From: Octopus sinensis
Taxonomy: Eukaryota
Direction of reading: 5' to 3'
NCBI RefSeq assembly: GCF_006345805.1
Contig: NC_043016.1
Location: 17,670,001 to 17,734,000, forward strand
DNA: 64,000 bases
Shown: positions 37,795-51,869 of the stretch, piece by piece
Numbering within the stretch: the stretch's first letter is position 1
How the letters are laid out: each line of letters begins with the position of its first letter
Notes under the pieces: generated by a model
What the model was told of the DNA's origin: nothing
Seen by the model: the letters and a program-made list of their open reading frames with translations, nothing else
Databases searched by the model: none
Made by a program: the position numbers and the translations under genes

Positions 37795-38005
37795 TAATAA
37801 TGGTTTCCGATTTTGGCACAAGGTCGGCAATTCTGATGAGCGTTATCGATTACATCGGCCTACATCGGCCGCAATGCTTGACAGGGGCTCCATTTTATCG
37901 ATCTCGAAAGGATGAAAGGCAAAGTTAACCTTGGCGCTATTTGAACTCAAAATGTAAAAGAAGCTTGAAGAAACACTGCAAAAGGTTTTTCCGGATTTGC
38001 AATTC
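37795..38005 (-). mobile_element. Diverged SINE family C
   Basis: CGAAAGGATGAAAGGCAAAG..TTTGAACTC. Confidence 0.7.
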
Positions 38006-38134
38006 TGCCGGTTCATTAAAATTATACCAGTAATATACTGAGAGTTTATTTGTTCATTCGACTACATCATTGTATTTTAATTATGTACACTTGTGATTAA
38101 GTACGAAATCATTATATTTAATCATATCGTGGCA

Positions 38135-38501
38135 TAATCGATGACGAGGGTTCCATTTGATCTGATCAACGGAACAGCCGGCTCATGAAATTAACGTACA
38201 AATGGCTGAGTACTCTACAGGCACGTGCACCCTTAACGTAGTTCTCGGGGAGATTCAGCGTGACACAGAGAGTGACAAGGCTGGCCCTTTGAAATACAGT
38301 TACAATAGAAACAGGAAGAAAAAGTTAGAGGAATGTGTGGTGAAAAAGTACAGCAGGGTTCGCTACCATCCCCTGCCGGAGCCTCGTAGAGATTTAGGTG
38401 TTTTCGCTCAATAAACACTCACAACGCCCGGACTGCGAATCGAAACCGCGATCCTACGACTGCGAGTCTGCTGCCCTGACCACTGGCCATTGCGCCTCCA
38501 C
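38135..38501 (-). mobile_element. SINE family B2
   Basis: Homologous to 44803-45186. Confidence 0.9.
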
Positions 38502-39156
38502 ATTTAAACGTTATTTCTTCTTTTGCACCTTTCTATTTTTGTACACAAATCAACACTTCTTTTCAAGCAACAGGTAAATAAAATTGCATTCATTTAAATA
38601 ATTACATTTCTTATGTTTTTTTTTTAAGCTTCTCAAATCACCAGAGATCTGTCTAGCATTTTTTCTTCATCTCAGCGTCTTTCGCTCTGAACATCGTAAT
38701 AGGTAACAGCTCCTTGCATTCACATACCTCTCAGATCCTTACCAATTGCGACAAGCCAACGAAGGAACTCCGCTGCGGTTAATCGACTCGCTAGGTATAG
38801 CAGCAGAACCACCACCACATAACAACCTGTCGTTAACAAAAGAACAGTTTCACAATGAAATGTAGTTCTAGGTATACAAAACATCTGCTGGTGATGGCTG
38901 GAAAACGTTTGGTCACAAGAATTTCAATGAGGGCCGATGTAGGACTAAATAACAAGAATAATACCAATTACGTGAACAGTATTCCGGGTTGAGAAACCAT
39001 CTCATAAGCCTGGGTAACCTCTTTGCTAAACAAAAAAAAAGCCATCTTCCTTATTGGATTATCTAAGCAGTGTTTAAAAAAGTAACCCATCCTCTATCTA
39101 TGGAACCCGATACCGATATCCTGCAACCCTATAACTAAACGCTCTGTTATTTCAAG

Positions 39157-39206
39157 TCAGCCAGATGTTCGGAGCTTCTTTTCGGACATGTTTAGCATGA
39201 AGTCTC
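39157..39206 (+). CDS. Candidate exon (QPDVRSFFSDMFSMKS)
   Basis: AG acceptors at 39156 or 39164; C|gtgagt donor; one frame open and phase-compatible with 37631-37674. Confidence 0.3.
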
Positions 39207-40949
39207 GTGAGTATCATCATTTGGATCAGATTCATTTCATAACTCCCCATCAGAGAGAGACAGACAGACAGAGAGAGCGCTAGGGCTTTCAGCTTATCAA
39301 CATTAGTATATCTTAAGGTTTTGGTTATTTTCCCCACATTCATCCCTTGAATATAATTTACTCTCTTCCGTCTTTTCATCAAATTGACACTCATTGCTTT
39401 GCAGATCATTCTATCCTTCATTACATTTTAACTTTCTGTAAACCGTCATCACCTCCACACAGCTTAAATACCCCGAGCCAGACTAACGTTGCTTATTTGA
39501 GCAGAGACCTGGGAATCAAGTTCATTTCTTTCAACATCATGACACTATTTCTCTATATATATCAAAGAAAGAAGAATGCTTATAGTTTTTACTCTTAACA
39601 GATAAAACTTCACTGGTCGAACCAAAATATTAGGCTTCACAGTTCCTTCGTCTTTTATACCGACATAACATACATTTCAAAGAAAAACTGCAACCCAAAG
39701 ACTACACCTTTTTCTTCAGGGTTAAAAAGTATTTCAACCTTGATCAGTTTTTAATCTGCTACAATGCTCAGTTAGATCCACATTAGACCCTATTAGTCAC
39801 ATATATGTTCAATTTTACTACTTAGCAGGTTAATGTTACTGCCAAACGACATGGATCGCACTAGTCTCGTCCTGTGAGACAAATCTCTCATTCAATGTTT
39901 TAATAATCGATATCTACTCCCAACTGCAACCCTCCAACATTATTTTCGGTTGTTTTTTTTTGTTTTTTGTAAACGACCGAGAAGAATTTCTCAGTCCTAA
40001 ACTGCAGGTTAAAAGCTAGAAGAATACTGGATGACCCCGTCCTCATCTCCAGTTTCACCGGCAGCCTGTCTAAAAAGAAAGATACCTTTCAAATCTCCTC
40101 CTTCCTCACCTCACGTTAGTTCCGCGCTCACTTACTGCGCATCACCCGCCATGCTACTCGTTATTCAAGTTTCTCTTTCTGTTTCAGCCAGTTGAACATA
40201 ACTACATTAAACTCATTAATCGAAGTGGCCTCTGAAAATCTGTAGCTGCTGCCTCTATAAGTGATGGGTTTCCATTGATTTCGAAGATGAGTATTCAGTA
40301 ATTCAATCAACTGTACTAACTGCTCATCGAATCATCGATAAGTGGTTAAGCATTCTATAGATTTGTGTATGTCTGAAGTAACGCTCAAATACTATCAGCA
40401 TGGCACATGTGATAAAGTTACATCGTTCTGTCCAAGTTTCTGTTCTGTCCACCTAGTTTCATTAACAAAGATTTGAGTTGGCCAAGATTCGAGATGCCAC
40501 ACTCTAGAATCGAATCCAGAACCTCATGATTGGAAAGCTAACATTTTTAACCATTCATTCATACAATTCTTAAAGGAAATCGCTTTAACATCACAAGACT
40601 GTTTGAACTCATGCTCTCATTATTTAGTGTAGAATTCGGATTCACAAGAAACTGATTATGGCCAACATCAGAAGGAACAAATCAATGGAAAGAGGAATTC
40701 GGAGAAGAGTTTGGTTGTATAAATTACGGCAAGGAATGTACTGTCTAATATTTCAAAAATTTCCCTCATCTCATCTCAGCAAAATTTTACCTATATATGA
40801 TATATATATTCCTGAAATGAAATGGAAATATTTCTGAAAATTATTTACTATTTTCTTCTTTGTACATGTGTTCGTGTAATTTGATCTGAAATCATGTTTT
40901 GAAATATATTGGTTTTAAACGTTGATACAATTTCAGGGTGAGTCGAAGG

Positions 40950-41352
40950 AAGATTGTCGAAAGATTAAGTGTAATTCAGTACATGTTAAACGATAACATA
41001 GTTTAATCCCAACCAAGCCTGTCCTGATCAAGCAGACCTATGGCCAAAAGTATCCCTGTCTTGACCAGTCCGTCGTTTTAGGGGTGTGTGGGTCTTCATT
41101 AGCCAATGCATCCATGTTTTTTCTCATGGTGGCAGAGTGTGACTTGTGGGAGATTTTGCTGCTATTTCTAGTAGGTGAAGAGACAATATGGAAACTGGCT
41201 AAAGATGAAGCAGATGAGATAAACTTAGAAAGAAACCACTGTTCTACAATTTACCATTAACAGTAAAACATCTCAACACAATGTCTGGAACAAGAGATTT
41301 TAATGATGCTGTGGCTAATTCTGTGTAATACCCCTTACTCTTGGCACACGGT
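40950..41352. repeat. Left arm of a ~400-bp long-range inverted duplication (partner 46013-46410)
   Basis: Direct reverse-complement match; flanked by a 38-39-bp direct repeat. Confidence 0.9.
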
Positions 41353-41929
41353 TTTAAATCGTTGGTACAACTTCAGGGTAAGTCGAAGCATTTTGCCCAG
41401 CATTCTAACAATTCCTCCAGCTCGCCACCTTCGATATTCTGGAATATTTTGATTGGTAAAACTTCGATTAGCTAAGATTACGGTTCAATTAGTAAACAAA
41501 AAACTTTAGTAGTGCTTAAAACTCACAAGCAAGGAAGGTAATTCCAATAAGAACAATTAAAACTTTTGAAGAATATGAAAAAAGTCCAGCATGAGAATGG
41601 ATCTTATATTTAAAACCAGCTGGGGAATGTAACACATGTTTCAGCCTTATTAAATGTTCTTAGTAAAGAATATTCTTCTTAGTTGGTAAGAATTCTTTCT
41701 TCTTTTTTACTCATATAGCAGATACAACGCCAGAGATTATTATTGACCACACTGTAAATGCCTGACGAAATATTTTGGTGTTGTTAATATAAAATAAAAT
41801 ATATCTAAGGTGAGTGAAAATAGTCAATATATTTAGCTGTAAAAGTATATTTAGAAATATCGCATCCAGAAAAACAGTCTCCATTAAAAAGTATTTTGTT
41901 TTGCATCAAATGATAATTAGGTCGGAATA

Positions 41930-42165
41930 ACACTTTACTAGTATTGGTCTTAAATTTTGGCACCAGACCAGAAATTTCGTGGGGGTGGGGCGATGTAAGT
42001 CGATTACATCGACCACAGTGCTCAACTTGTATTTTATCGATTTCGAAAGGATGAAAGGCAAAGTCGACCTCGGTGGAATTTGAACTCTAAACGTAAGGCC
42101 GGACCAAATGTCGCTAAGCATTTTAACTGGTGTGATAACCATTCTCTAGTCAGCTCGCCGTCTTC
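41930..42165 (-). mobile_element. Diverged SINE family C
   Basis: CGAAAGGATGAAAGGCAAAGTCGACCTCGG..TTTGAACTC. Confidence 0.75.
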
Positions 42166-42869
42166 GCCTTCACTAAAATTAATTCTTCAGCAACTATTTA
42201 TATTTTTTAAAGAAATAAAAAGATTTGACTCAGTTTTACTCAAAGAATCATTTGAATCATCACTCTAAACGGATTCTTCTTTTCTTCACCGAAGTAAGAT
42301 CTAAGAGTTTATCAAAATGTAGTGAAATCGACTTAACAAAACAGAATAAAGGTAATATCGATTTATTCAATGCTGCGATTTTTAATAAGCAAGAATCGTG
42401 AACAGAAAAAAGTTCAGGATGAAACGTTGATAGTAAACAAGAGAAAAACCGCCATGACACGTGAGAACTCATGAAATTCAAATCATACAATTATGACGTC
42501 CATATCAGACAATCAATTTTTCATAGCGAAGAAGCTTTTAATGGTTGTTGATTTGTGAGTGCCTTATGATGATAAATTATTTAATGCACAAGTTACTGAT
42601 GTTTCTATCGAAATACTTGATAGAAACTATAATTTTCTTACTCTGGCCTGTCATGTCACTGTACAGCTAAAGCTTTTATGTTCATGCGCTCTTTAATGCG
42701 TGTATGTAAATGTATGTAACTAACGAGCGATAGTAACATACATGCATTATGTAAAACTATGTAAATCTTGTTTACAAGTCACGCATTCGACAGAATATAC
42801 TACACAGCCAGTTGTTAGCGATTCCAATCGAGCTGCTTTACAGATTATCAATTTTGTCAAGTTTTGCAG

Positions 42870-42887
42870 ATGTTGATGCATTTTCAG
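42870..42887 (+). other. Candidate 18-nt microexon
   Basis: ttttgcag| acceptor, CAG|gtaagc donor, frame-preserving length. Confidence 0.2.
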
Positions 42888-43299
42888 GTAAGCTTTTTGC
42901 AGAAAGTCTCAACTAAGCAAACACTTCATATGTTGGTTCCTTATTGCAAAGATATTGCATATGGTGAAATGCACATGTAAATATGATAAGCGAAAGACAT
43001 TTCTCTTTCTCTTCGTCTTCCTTGTTATGTAGTTCATACTTGTAAATTGCTGCACCAATAATTTCTGTCACCTATTGGGCTTGAACTTGTACAAAAAGTC
43101 GACTAATATGATTTTTGAAAACATGCTTTAAGAGAATTGGAAAACAAATGTTAGAATTATTATTCCAAACAATAAATGGATATTAACAAGAGAAATAGGA
43201 ACACTCAAATAATTATTTATTCCAAAATTCAATTATATCCCAACCAAAGTTTTATAAATTGCTGGAATATTTGCTTTATGACTGAGTTTTACAATTGCA

Positions 43300-43830
43300 A
43301 GCGGTTCGGGAAAAAGAGAGCGATTGAATAAGTACCAGGTTTAAAATGAATAAGTTCAGGGGTTGATTTTCTCGACTAAAACCCTTCGACATGATGCCTC
43401 CCGCATGGCCTCAGTCAAATGACTGAATCAAGTAAAAATATATATATCCATCGCCCCGAAAGAATGGCTAATGGTAAGAAGCTTGCTTATCAACCACATG
43501 GTTCTGGATTCAGTCCCACTGCGTGGCACCTTGGGCAAGTGTCTTCTACTATTGCCTCGGGCCGACCAAAGCCTTGTGAGTGGATTTGGTAGATGGAAAT
43601 TGAAAGAAGCCTGTCGTATATATATGTGTGCGTGTGTGTGTGTTTGTTCCTGAACATCGCTTGACAGCCGATGCTGTGTTTACGTCTTCGTAACTTAGCA
43701 GTTCGACAAATTAAATCGATAGAATAAGTACTAGGCTTACAAAGAATAAGTCCGGGGTTCGATTTGCTCGACTAAAGGCGGTGCTCCAGCATGGCCGCAG
43801 TCAAATGGCTGAAACAAAAGAATAAAAACA
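43300..43830 (+). mobile_element. Two adjacent SINE family A copies (old 3' part ~43300-43435; younger ~43468-43830)
   Basis: Family A motifs twice. Confidence 0.85.
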
Positions 43831-44802
43831 AGAATAACGTGTGTGTGTGTGTGTGTGTCTGCGTGTGTGTGTCTGCGTGTATGTGTCTGTGTGTGTGTGT
43901 CTGTGTGTGTATGTGTCTGTGTGTGTGTGTGTGTGTCTGTGTGTCTGTGTGTGTGTGTGTGTTTGTGTGTGTTATACATGCACGCGCGCCTACATACTCT
44001 CACACATATACGCGCGCGCACACCTCTCTCCCAGTTAACTGCAATAATTCTTCCCTGAAGACCACCTTCTGATCTATATACTTCGCTGCCACAGTCGCAT
44101 GGCTGTCACACAACTCTTTTCTAACGACTCGTCAATCCTCAATACAGCAATGAACAAATCAAAAATATTCATAAACTTCAAGGAACTCAGTCGAACCAAT
44201 TCCATCAGGAAACTGAATGAAGGTCAGGAGAGTTTTACAATAGCAGAATTCCAAACGCAGATACAGCAGGAAATACGTTCAGCAAAAAGTAATTAAAGAC
44301 ACAACCAAACAAAAACCATATTTCCCAAAGCAATATAAAAAAGAAAATACATGTTTAGTTACGCAGCTGAAATGTCCGTCCGACATCATAAAAGCTAGGT
44401 ACAATCTCAAAGGCAATACACCAACACCAAAAACACACACACACACACACATACGCGCGAGCACACACGCCCACATACACACACAAACACACACGCACGC
44501 ACACACATACAGGGTGAATTCAAGGTCGAGCGACATGCTCGGCAGTCTTTCTCAAATCCAATTCTAACGTATTAGACAAGAAGGGTGCCTTTGATAATGT
44601 GAACCCGAAAAGATAAATTGCAGTTTTCGAAACTGCAATTTAATTGTAGGTCTGTTCGATCGGATCTTCGTGGGACTAAACAACCGCAACAAATAAAAAT
44701 GTTGAAATTAATTGTAACAAATTACAGATAATAGTAAAAATAAATAAATTGCAAACATATGCATCACAAAATAACTGTCAAATACAATGTAGGTATCCTC
44801 CT

Positions 44803-45186
44803 GTGGAGGCGCAATGGCCCAGTGGTTAGGGCAGCGGACTCGCGGTCATAGGATCGCGGTTTCGATTCCCAGACCGGGCTTTGTGAGTGTTTATTGAGCG
44901 AAAACACCTAAAGCTCCACGAGGCTCCGGCAGGGGATGGTGGTGATCCCTGCTGTACTCTTTCACCACAACTTTCTCTCACTCTTACTTCCTGTTTCTGT
45001 TGTACCTGTATTTCAAAGGGCCGGCCTTGTCACTCTCTGTGTCACGCTGAATATCCCCGAGAACTACGTTAAGGGTGCACGTGTCTGTGGAGTGCTCAGC
45101 CACTTACACATTAATTTCACGAGCAGGCCGTTCCGTTGATCGGATCAACCGGAACCCTCTTCGTCGTAACCGACGGAGTGCTTCCC
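44803..45186 (+). mobile_element. SINE family B2, full length
   Basis: tRNA-like head; 12-bp TSD AGGTATCCTCCT (44791-44802, 45187-45198). Confidence 0.9.
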
Positions 45187-45479
45187 AGGTATCCTCCTCT
45201 TCCTTCTCTTCCTCCTCCTCCTCCTCCTCATCATCATCATCATCATCTTCCTCCCCCTCCGCATCATCATCACTGTCATCTTCCTCATTATCACCATTGG
45301 ACACACCGCACATAACGTGACAAGAACATCACATCGTATACCCACACACCAACAAGTAAACGCACATTTCTCACACATTTTTCAAAAAATTGACCGTCAA
45401 AGAACCACACAAATAAGTCAAGAATGCAAATTTAATTCCCCTGTGACGATGATTTAGATCCTGCCTTACTCTCAGACAT

Positions 45480-46110
45480 CCAAACGGTCATGTAGAAGTT
45501 CAAAATCTCAAAAATCACTGAGCTACAAAATACCAAATGCATATAGTTAAAACAGCAAGGGACCAAAGAAGTCCCTGATCTCACCAACCTCTGTAACTAC
45601 TCTTACTAGGAACCAATAAATGACTTCTACGTGGCTGCTTGACAGCCTAAAATAGAAGCCAATTCTTCCTCAAACTACACCGTATTGTAGAATGCATTAA
45701 ATAATACAGCTGTCCCTTCCCCCAGGTGATCTTCGGTGGAATGCCTTTGATCATAGATCTTACTCCTTCAGTATTCGCCGAGGGTTGGACAAAAACTACA
45801 AAAGCTTCTACAGCTCGTACCAACATTTTCAAATTAAGAGAATCTGGAAGTTTAGTAAAAAAAAAAAGTCTTGATGATTCTGAAACCCAACAAAAACTCA
45901 AGCAGTGTAGTATCACACTATGGCAACACTTGTACACTGAGAAAAACTCTCTGTGGTCTCAACTCTTCATAGAAACAGCAGCTAAATTCACATACTTAGA
46001 GCATTCACATACACCGTGTGCCAAGAGTAAGGAGTATTACACAGAATTAGCTACAGCATCATTAAAATCTCTTGTTCCAGACATTGAGATGCATACTGTT
46101 AATGGTTAAT
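45480..46110 (+). pseudogene. Possible highly decayed LINE RT C-terminal region
   Basis: Weak resemblance of TTKASTARTNIFKL..YTELATASL to LINE post-RT motifs. Confidence 0.25.
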
Positions 46111-46410
46111 CGTAGAACAGCGGTTTCTTTCTAAGTTTATCTCATCTGCTTCATCTTTAGCCAGTTTCCATATTGTCTCTTCACCTACTAGAAATAGCAG
46201 CAAAATCTCCCACAAGTCACACTCTGCCACCATGAGAAAAAAACATGGATGCATTGGCTAATGAAGACCCACATACCCCTAAAACGACGGACTGGTCAAG
46301 ATAGGGATACTTTTGGCCATAGGTCTGCTTGATCAGGACAGGCTTGGTTGGGATTAAACTATGTTATCGTTTAACATGTACTGAATTACACTTAATCTTT
46401 CGACAATCTT
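46013..46410. repeat. Right arm of the inverted duplication
   Basis: Reverse complement of 40950-41352. Confidence 0.9.
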
Positions 46411-46821
46411 TCTTCCATCTTGCAAAGGGAAAAGTATATTGCATAATGTAATCCTACATATCCAATGTCCGTAAGAAGGACGAAATGTTGAGGTCCGAAA
46501 TGTGCTTGATCATAAATTTACTTAGTGCTGACCTGGGGCTAAACGTCAGTAACAACAAAATGGATGCAGTAATGGATTAAAAAGTGGATGGATTATAGCA
46601 TATTCAGATTATAACACTCTGTCTCATAATAGTTCCCAATGTCGGAGTGAACAGAATGGTTCTCGTCTAGACAAAATCATAGTACATCCAGGTCAACAGA
46701 TTTGGGGTTAGGGTTAGGGTTTGTACCTGGCATTCTACCGTCCTCTTGATTCACATTGGTCAATTTTCATAGACTGAAAAACAAAGAGACAGGCAGATAG
46801 CTAGCTAGCTAGCTAGCTAGC

Positions 46822-46901
<80 letters not shown>

Positions 46902-46992
46902 TAGGCAGACAGTAGACAGACAGACAGACAGACAGATAGATAGATAGGTAGATAGACAGACAGACAGACAGACAGATAGATAGATAGGTACG

Positions 46993-47098
<106 letters not shown>

Positions 47099-47099
47099 T

Positions 47100-47455
<356 letters not shown>

Positions 47456-48059
47456 AAGAATGTTTTAATCAGTTGAATTGCTACCTAGTAACAAGAAGTA
47501 AAACAATCGGTTAATGACAATTAGGAATGCAAGGATAAGAACTCTGAAGAACTTGATAAGAAAATGAAGTGAAGACTTGCAGTCAGGAGTGTGTCTAATT
47601 TATGGTACGTACGATGACACGTTTCAGTCTTATGAAAACTCTTCTGTGAACCATTATTCGACAACTGAATAACCATTCTTGAGAATGACTTCGAGGAAAG
47701 GCAATTTAAAATGACTTTGGAGAATTTGCAACTGATTCACCGTATTTCACTCAAAAATATGTCCTTTAAGTAGAAATCACCGCTGGGAAATGTTTTAATG
47801 CGATCTATTTTAGAGTATGTACATTTATTGTGTCAAGGTTATATCAAATGTTTTATTTTCCAATTTTATCAAATAATATGGCAGAGATAAAACATCTCGG
47901 GGGACCGTTCCACGCACCGAATGCAAACTACTGTAGGGTCTCATAAATGTAATGTGGTAAGTTGAAAAACTTTCATTAATTGAGGTTGTGCATGCAAAAA
48001 TGTTGGCAAAAATCTACTTCTAGTGGGTGTATAAAATATACTTTTTGCTTTTTTTTTAT

Positions 48060-48445
48060 ATTTTTTACTTGTTTCAGTCATTTGACTGCGGCCATGCTGG
48101 AGCACGCCTTTAGTCGAGCAAATCGACCCCGGACTTATTCTTTGTAAGCCCAGTACTTATTCTATCGGTCTCTTTTGCCGAACCGCTAAGTGACGGGGAC
48201 ATAAACACACCAGCATCGGTTGTCAAGCAATGCTAGGGGACAACACAGACATACAAACAAATACACACATAATACATATATACGACAGGCTTCTTTCAGT
48301 TTCCGTCTACCAAATCCACTCACAAAGCATTGGTCGGCCCGGGGCTATAGCAGAAGACACTTGCCCAATGTGCCACGCAGTGGGACTGAACCCGGAACCA
48401 TGTGGCTGGTTAGCAAGCTACTTACCACACAGCCACTCCTGTGGT
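48060..48445 (-). mobile_element. SINE family A, full length
   Basis: Near-identical to the reverse complement of 28290-28697. Confidence 0.9.
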
Positions 48446-49158
48446 TATGAGAGTGGAGTTGTCTTTAACCTCAACTGGTGGGAGTAACTGACATATTTAG
48501 GCAAAAGTATACCTACAAAAGTGGACCATACTGTGCCCCATTGGCAAAACAAAAGAGGAAACAATGAAAGAAAGAAGGAAAGAAATGCTTTTTCATTTCT
48601 TTGCTATAAATTCCAATGAAATAAATTTATTGGAATTATTGCTGTTATTTCTTTTTAAACAGCAAACTGTTTCGAAAGGAGACTTTTGTCTATAATTATA
48701 CAGTTTGATTTCTTTAAAGTCTGATTAGACAAATAATTAACATTTTTTTTTTCCTGAAGTAAAACTGTCCTTTGTGTATATTCAAGGACCACTGATTTTT
48801 AATGTGTTTATATCCTGTTGACTTCCCGCGGAAACTAATCGATAAACAGGTGTGTTGTTTGTGGTTTACCTGCAAGGTACCCAGTAGTAAGTAATTGTGT
48901 GTGACATTAACCACAAAATCATTATTACTCATTGTCCACAATATTTATTTTTTTATTCAAAATATACCGAACAATGTATCATACATAAGCGATTATCTAT
49001 ACACACAAGAGCATGCTCACACACACACACACATATACACATACACACGTTTCTTGTACGTACATTTGCCTAAGCATTAATATATACAAGCACAGACATG
49101 TATGTATGTACGTACGTATGCGTGCATATATTATATGTATCAATTTGTCGATCAAACC

Positions 49159-49222
<64 letters not shown>

Positions 49223-49409
49223 TGAACATGTGTGTACACTGCGTATATTAAGAGACAGTGGCGTGTGAAAATTTATAAACAAGTATTCGCCGTTTATTGA
49301 CTTTAGAAAATAAGATAAAACAAGAACAATAAACGAATCAAGAACGATTAATACACGGTGCGTGTGTTCATTTGGTAAGAGAAGAGATGACCTTCCCACC
49401 ATATATATC

Positions 49410-49650
49410 TTTTTATCTTTTGTTTCAGTTATTTAACTGCAGCCATGCTGGAGCACGGTCTGGAAGGGTTCTAGCCGAATAAATCAACCCCAGGGACATC
49501 CTTAATATTTTCTTTTAAAACCTATTACCTTTTCCATTAGTCTCTTCTGTCGAACCGCTAAATTACGGGAACATAAACACGCCAACATCGGTTGCCAAGC
49601 GGTGGCGGGTGTACAAACAGATACAAGGGCACACACAGATATATACATAC
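49410..49650 (-). mobile_element. SINE family A 3' part
   Basis: Family A motifs. Confidence 0.75.
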
Positions 49651-49686
49651 ATAAATATATATAGATCTGTGTGTGTGTGTGTGTGT

Positions 49687-49766
<80 letters not shown>

Positions 49767-50132
49767 ATACAAAATGGGACAACAAAGAAAACAAAGACGG
49801 GTCTTTCGAAGTTTTCTTTCTTCAGTCAAATACCAGATTATCCTCGCAATTTCGGCTGATTATTCTTGAGATTGCTCCCATCTGGCCAGTCCCAAGGAAA
49901 ACCTAAGCTAAGAGCATTAGATTCCTTCGAAGAAAGCTGCAAATGTATACAAAAACAATGTCAGAAAAAAACGGACGATATTGCACAAATATAAATAAGT
50001 TTTTAAAATGCAATAAAAATAATAACAGGACATAACAACAGGTGTCTTTCGACTAAGGACGACTTGGATTAAGCTGGCTCGTGTGGAAATGAAACCTTAC
50101 GGCAGTGATGCAAGGAAATTTCATATATATAT

Positions 50133-50298
50133 ATATATAATATAGGACAATCAGTTAGTTGTCCTAATAGTATTCAGAGTTTCAGATCCCGGGTCTAAAA
50201 GACATTTTTGTTTTAATAACTGATGAGGATGTCTTTTATCCCCAGCATCTGAAACTCTGAGTACAATTATGACAACTAACTGATTGTCGTATATTATA
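50133..50298. ncRNA. Palindromic element with an HHR core on the plus strand (50220-50263)
   Basis: ~70-bp inverted arms; CTGATGA GGATG..CATCT GAA ACTCTGAGT A; stem I imperfect. Confidence 0.55.
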
Positions 50299-50379
50299 TA
50301 TTTGTAGATAAATTCCTCTATTTAACTAATATCGAGGCCTCATTCATTCTTTGTTGTCTTATCATTACTAATCATATAC

Positions 50380-50410
<31 letters not shown>

Positions 50411-50490
50411 ATATTATATATATATATAATATTATATATATATATATTATATATATATATATATGAATATTTGTGTGTGGTGTGTGTTTG

Positions 50491-50612
50491 TGAAGGTACA
50501 TGGCTTAGTGGTTAGTGTGTTGCACTCATGACTGCGATATCGTGAGTTCGATTCCCTGACCGGACGTTGCGTTGTGTTCTTGAGCAAAGCACTTCATTTC
50601 ACGTTGCTCTGA
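50491..50612 (+). mobile_element. SINE family D 5' part
   Basis: Matches 6364-6485. Confidence 0.8.
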
Positions 50613-51070
50613 GCTGATGTGTAAAAAAACATTGATCGCTATAAGGAATCATCTTACGACGGAAGAGTCCATGATATTGTAATTTCTATGGTGGTTTTAG
50701 GAGCAATAGCTCTGAATTTAGCACGTGATATTATATACCCTACTTAATCTTAAATTACATTATGTTGTGCCTGTAAAGTGTGAACTTACTAGCCACCTTA
50801 TTTTTGCTATAAACAGCTGTAATAATACTTCTTTATATATATATATATATAAGGAAATAAGACAAGGTAGTTGAAAACGTCTAAAAAGACGGAAACCGGT
50901 ACTGAAGTGTAATTCATGATAAAATTATTTTAGCATTTTCTTTATACATTTTAACTCGTGTGTTACTTTTCTACCCTCTATATATATGTGTATATATATA
51001 TGTATACATATATTATATATATATATAATATATATATAATATATATATATATTATATTCATACATACATG

Positions 51071-51110
<40 letters not shown>

Positions 51111-51117
<7 letters not shown>

Positions 51118-51223
51118 ATCACGTGACCGACCAGACCATCAGATGTTGTTACACACCGCTGGTCACAATGCGTTCGCATTGTTTAGCCTTTGAATGACGC
51201 ACCCCGCTGGCTAAGCGAGCAGG

Positions 51224-51227
<4 letters not shown>
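51111..51227. mobile_element. Structured 117-bp mini-element in (TA)n
   Basis: (TA)n on both sides; GACCAG/CTGGTC and ACAATGCG/CGCATTGT stems; terminus shared with 24446. Confidence 0.6.
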
Positions 51228-51287
<60 letters not shown>

Positions 51288-51315
51288 CAATGAGACCAGA
51301 ACGTAAAACATCCAA

Positions 51316-51365
<50 letters not shown>

Positions 51366-51498
51366 TATATTATATATATGTTGTTGTTTTTTCTGTTTTC
51401 CCGTTTGGATTAAAATTATACATATATATGTATATTTGCACATTTATAATTATATATATAGATACATATATTGTATATTTGCACATTTATATAATATA

Positions 51499-51544
<46 letters not shown>

Positions 51545-51573
51545 TATATACACATATATATGCATATTTCCAC

Positions 51574-51613
<40 letters not shown>

Positions 51614-51620
51614 TATATAT

Positions 51621-51660
<40 letters not shown>

Positions 51661-51869
51661 GTTATATATATATATATATTGTTTGTTTGTTTCTGTGTGA
51701 AGTTATGATAAAAACAAAGAGGTGAGCTGTGAACATTAATCTGAATAATTACTGAATACTTTTTGTAGAGCACGTATTTATTAGACGTTTACAGGAGGAG
51801 TAGTGAGACTTAGATTTTCATACGTACATAGATAGACACTACATACGTAATAAATGCATTCATATACAT

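Noticed and set aside
45187-45300. Acidic or Ser-rich ORFs
   Set aside because: (CCT)n/(CAT)n trinucleotide repeats.
46705-46722. TTAGGG telomere-like repeats
   Set aside because: Only two units.
49795-49860. Possible HHR (minus CTGAAGA..CTTCGAAA)
   Set aside because: Stem I cannot form.
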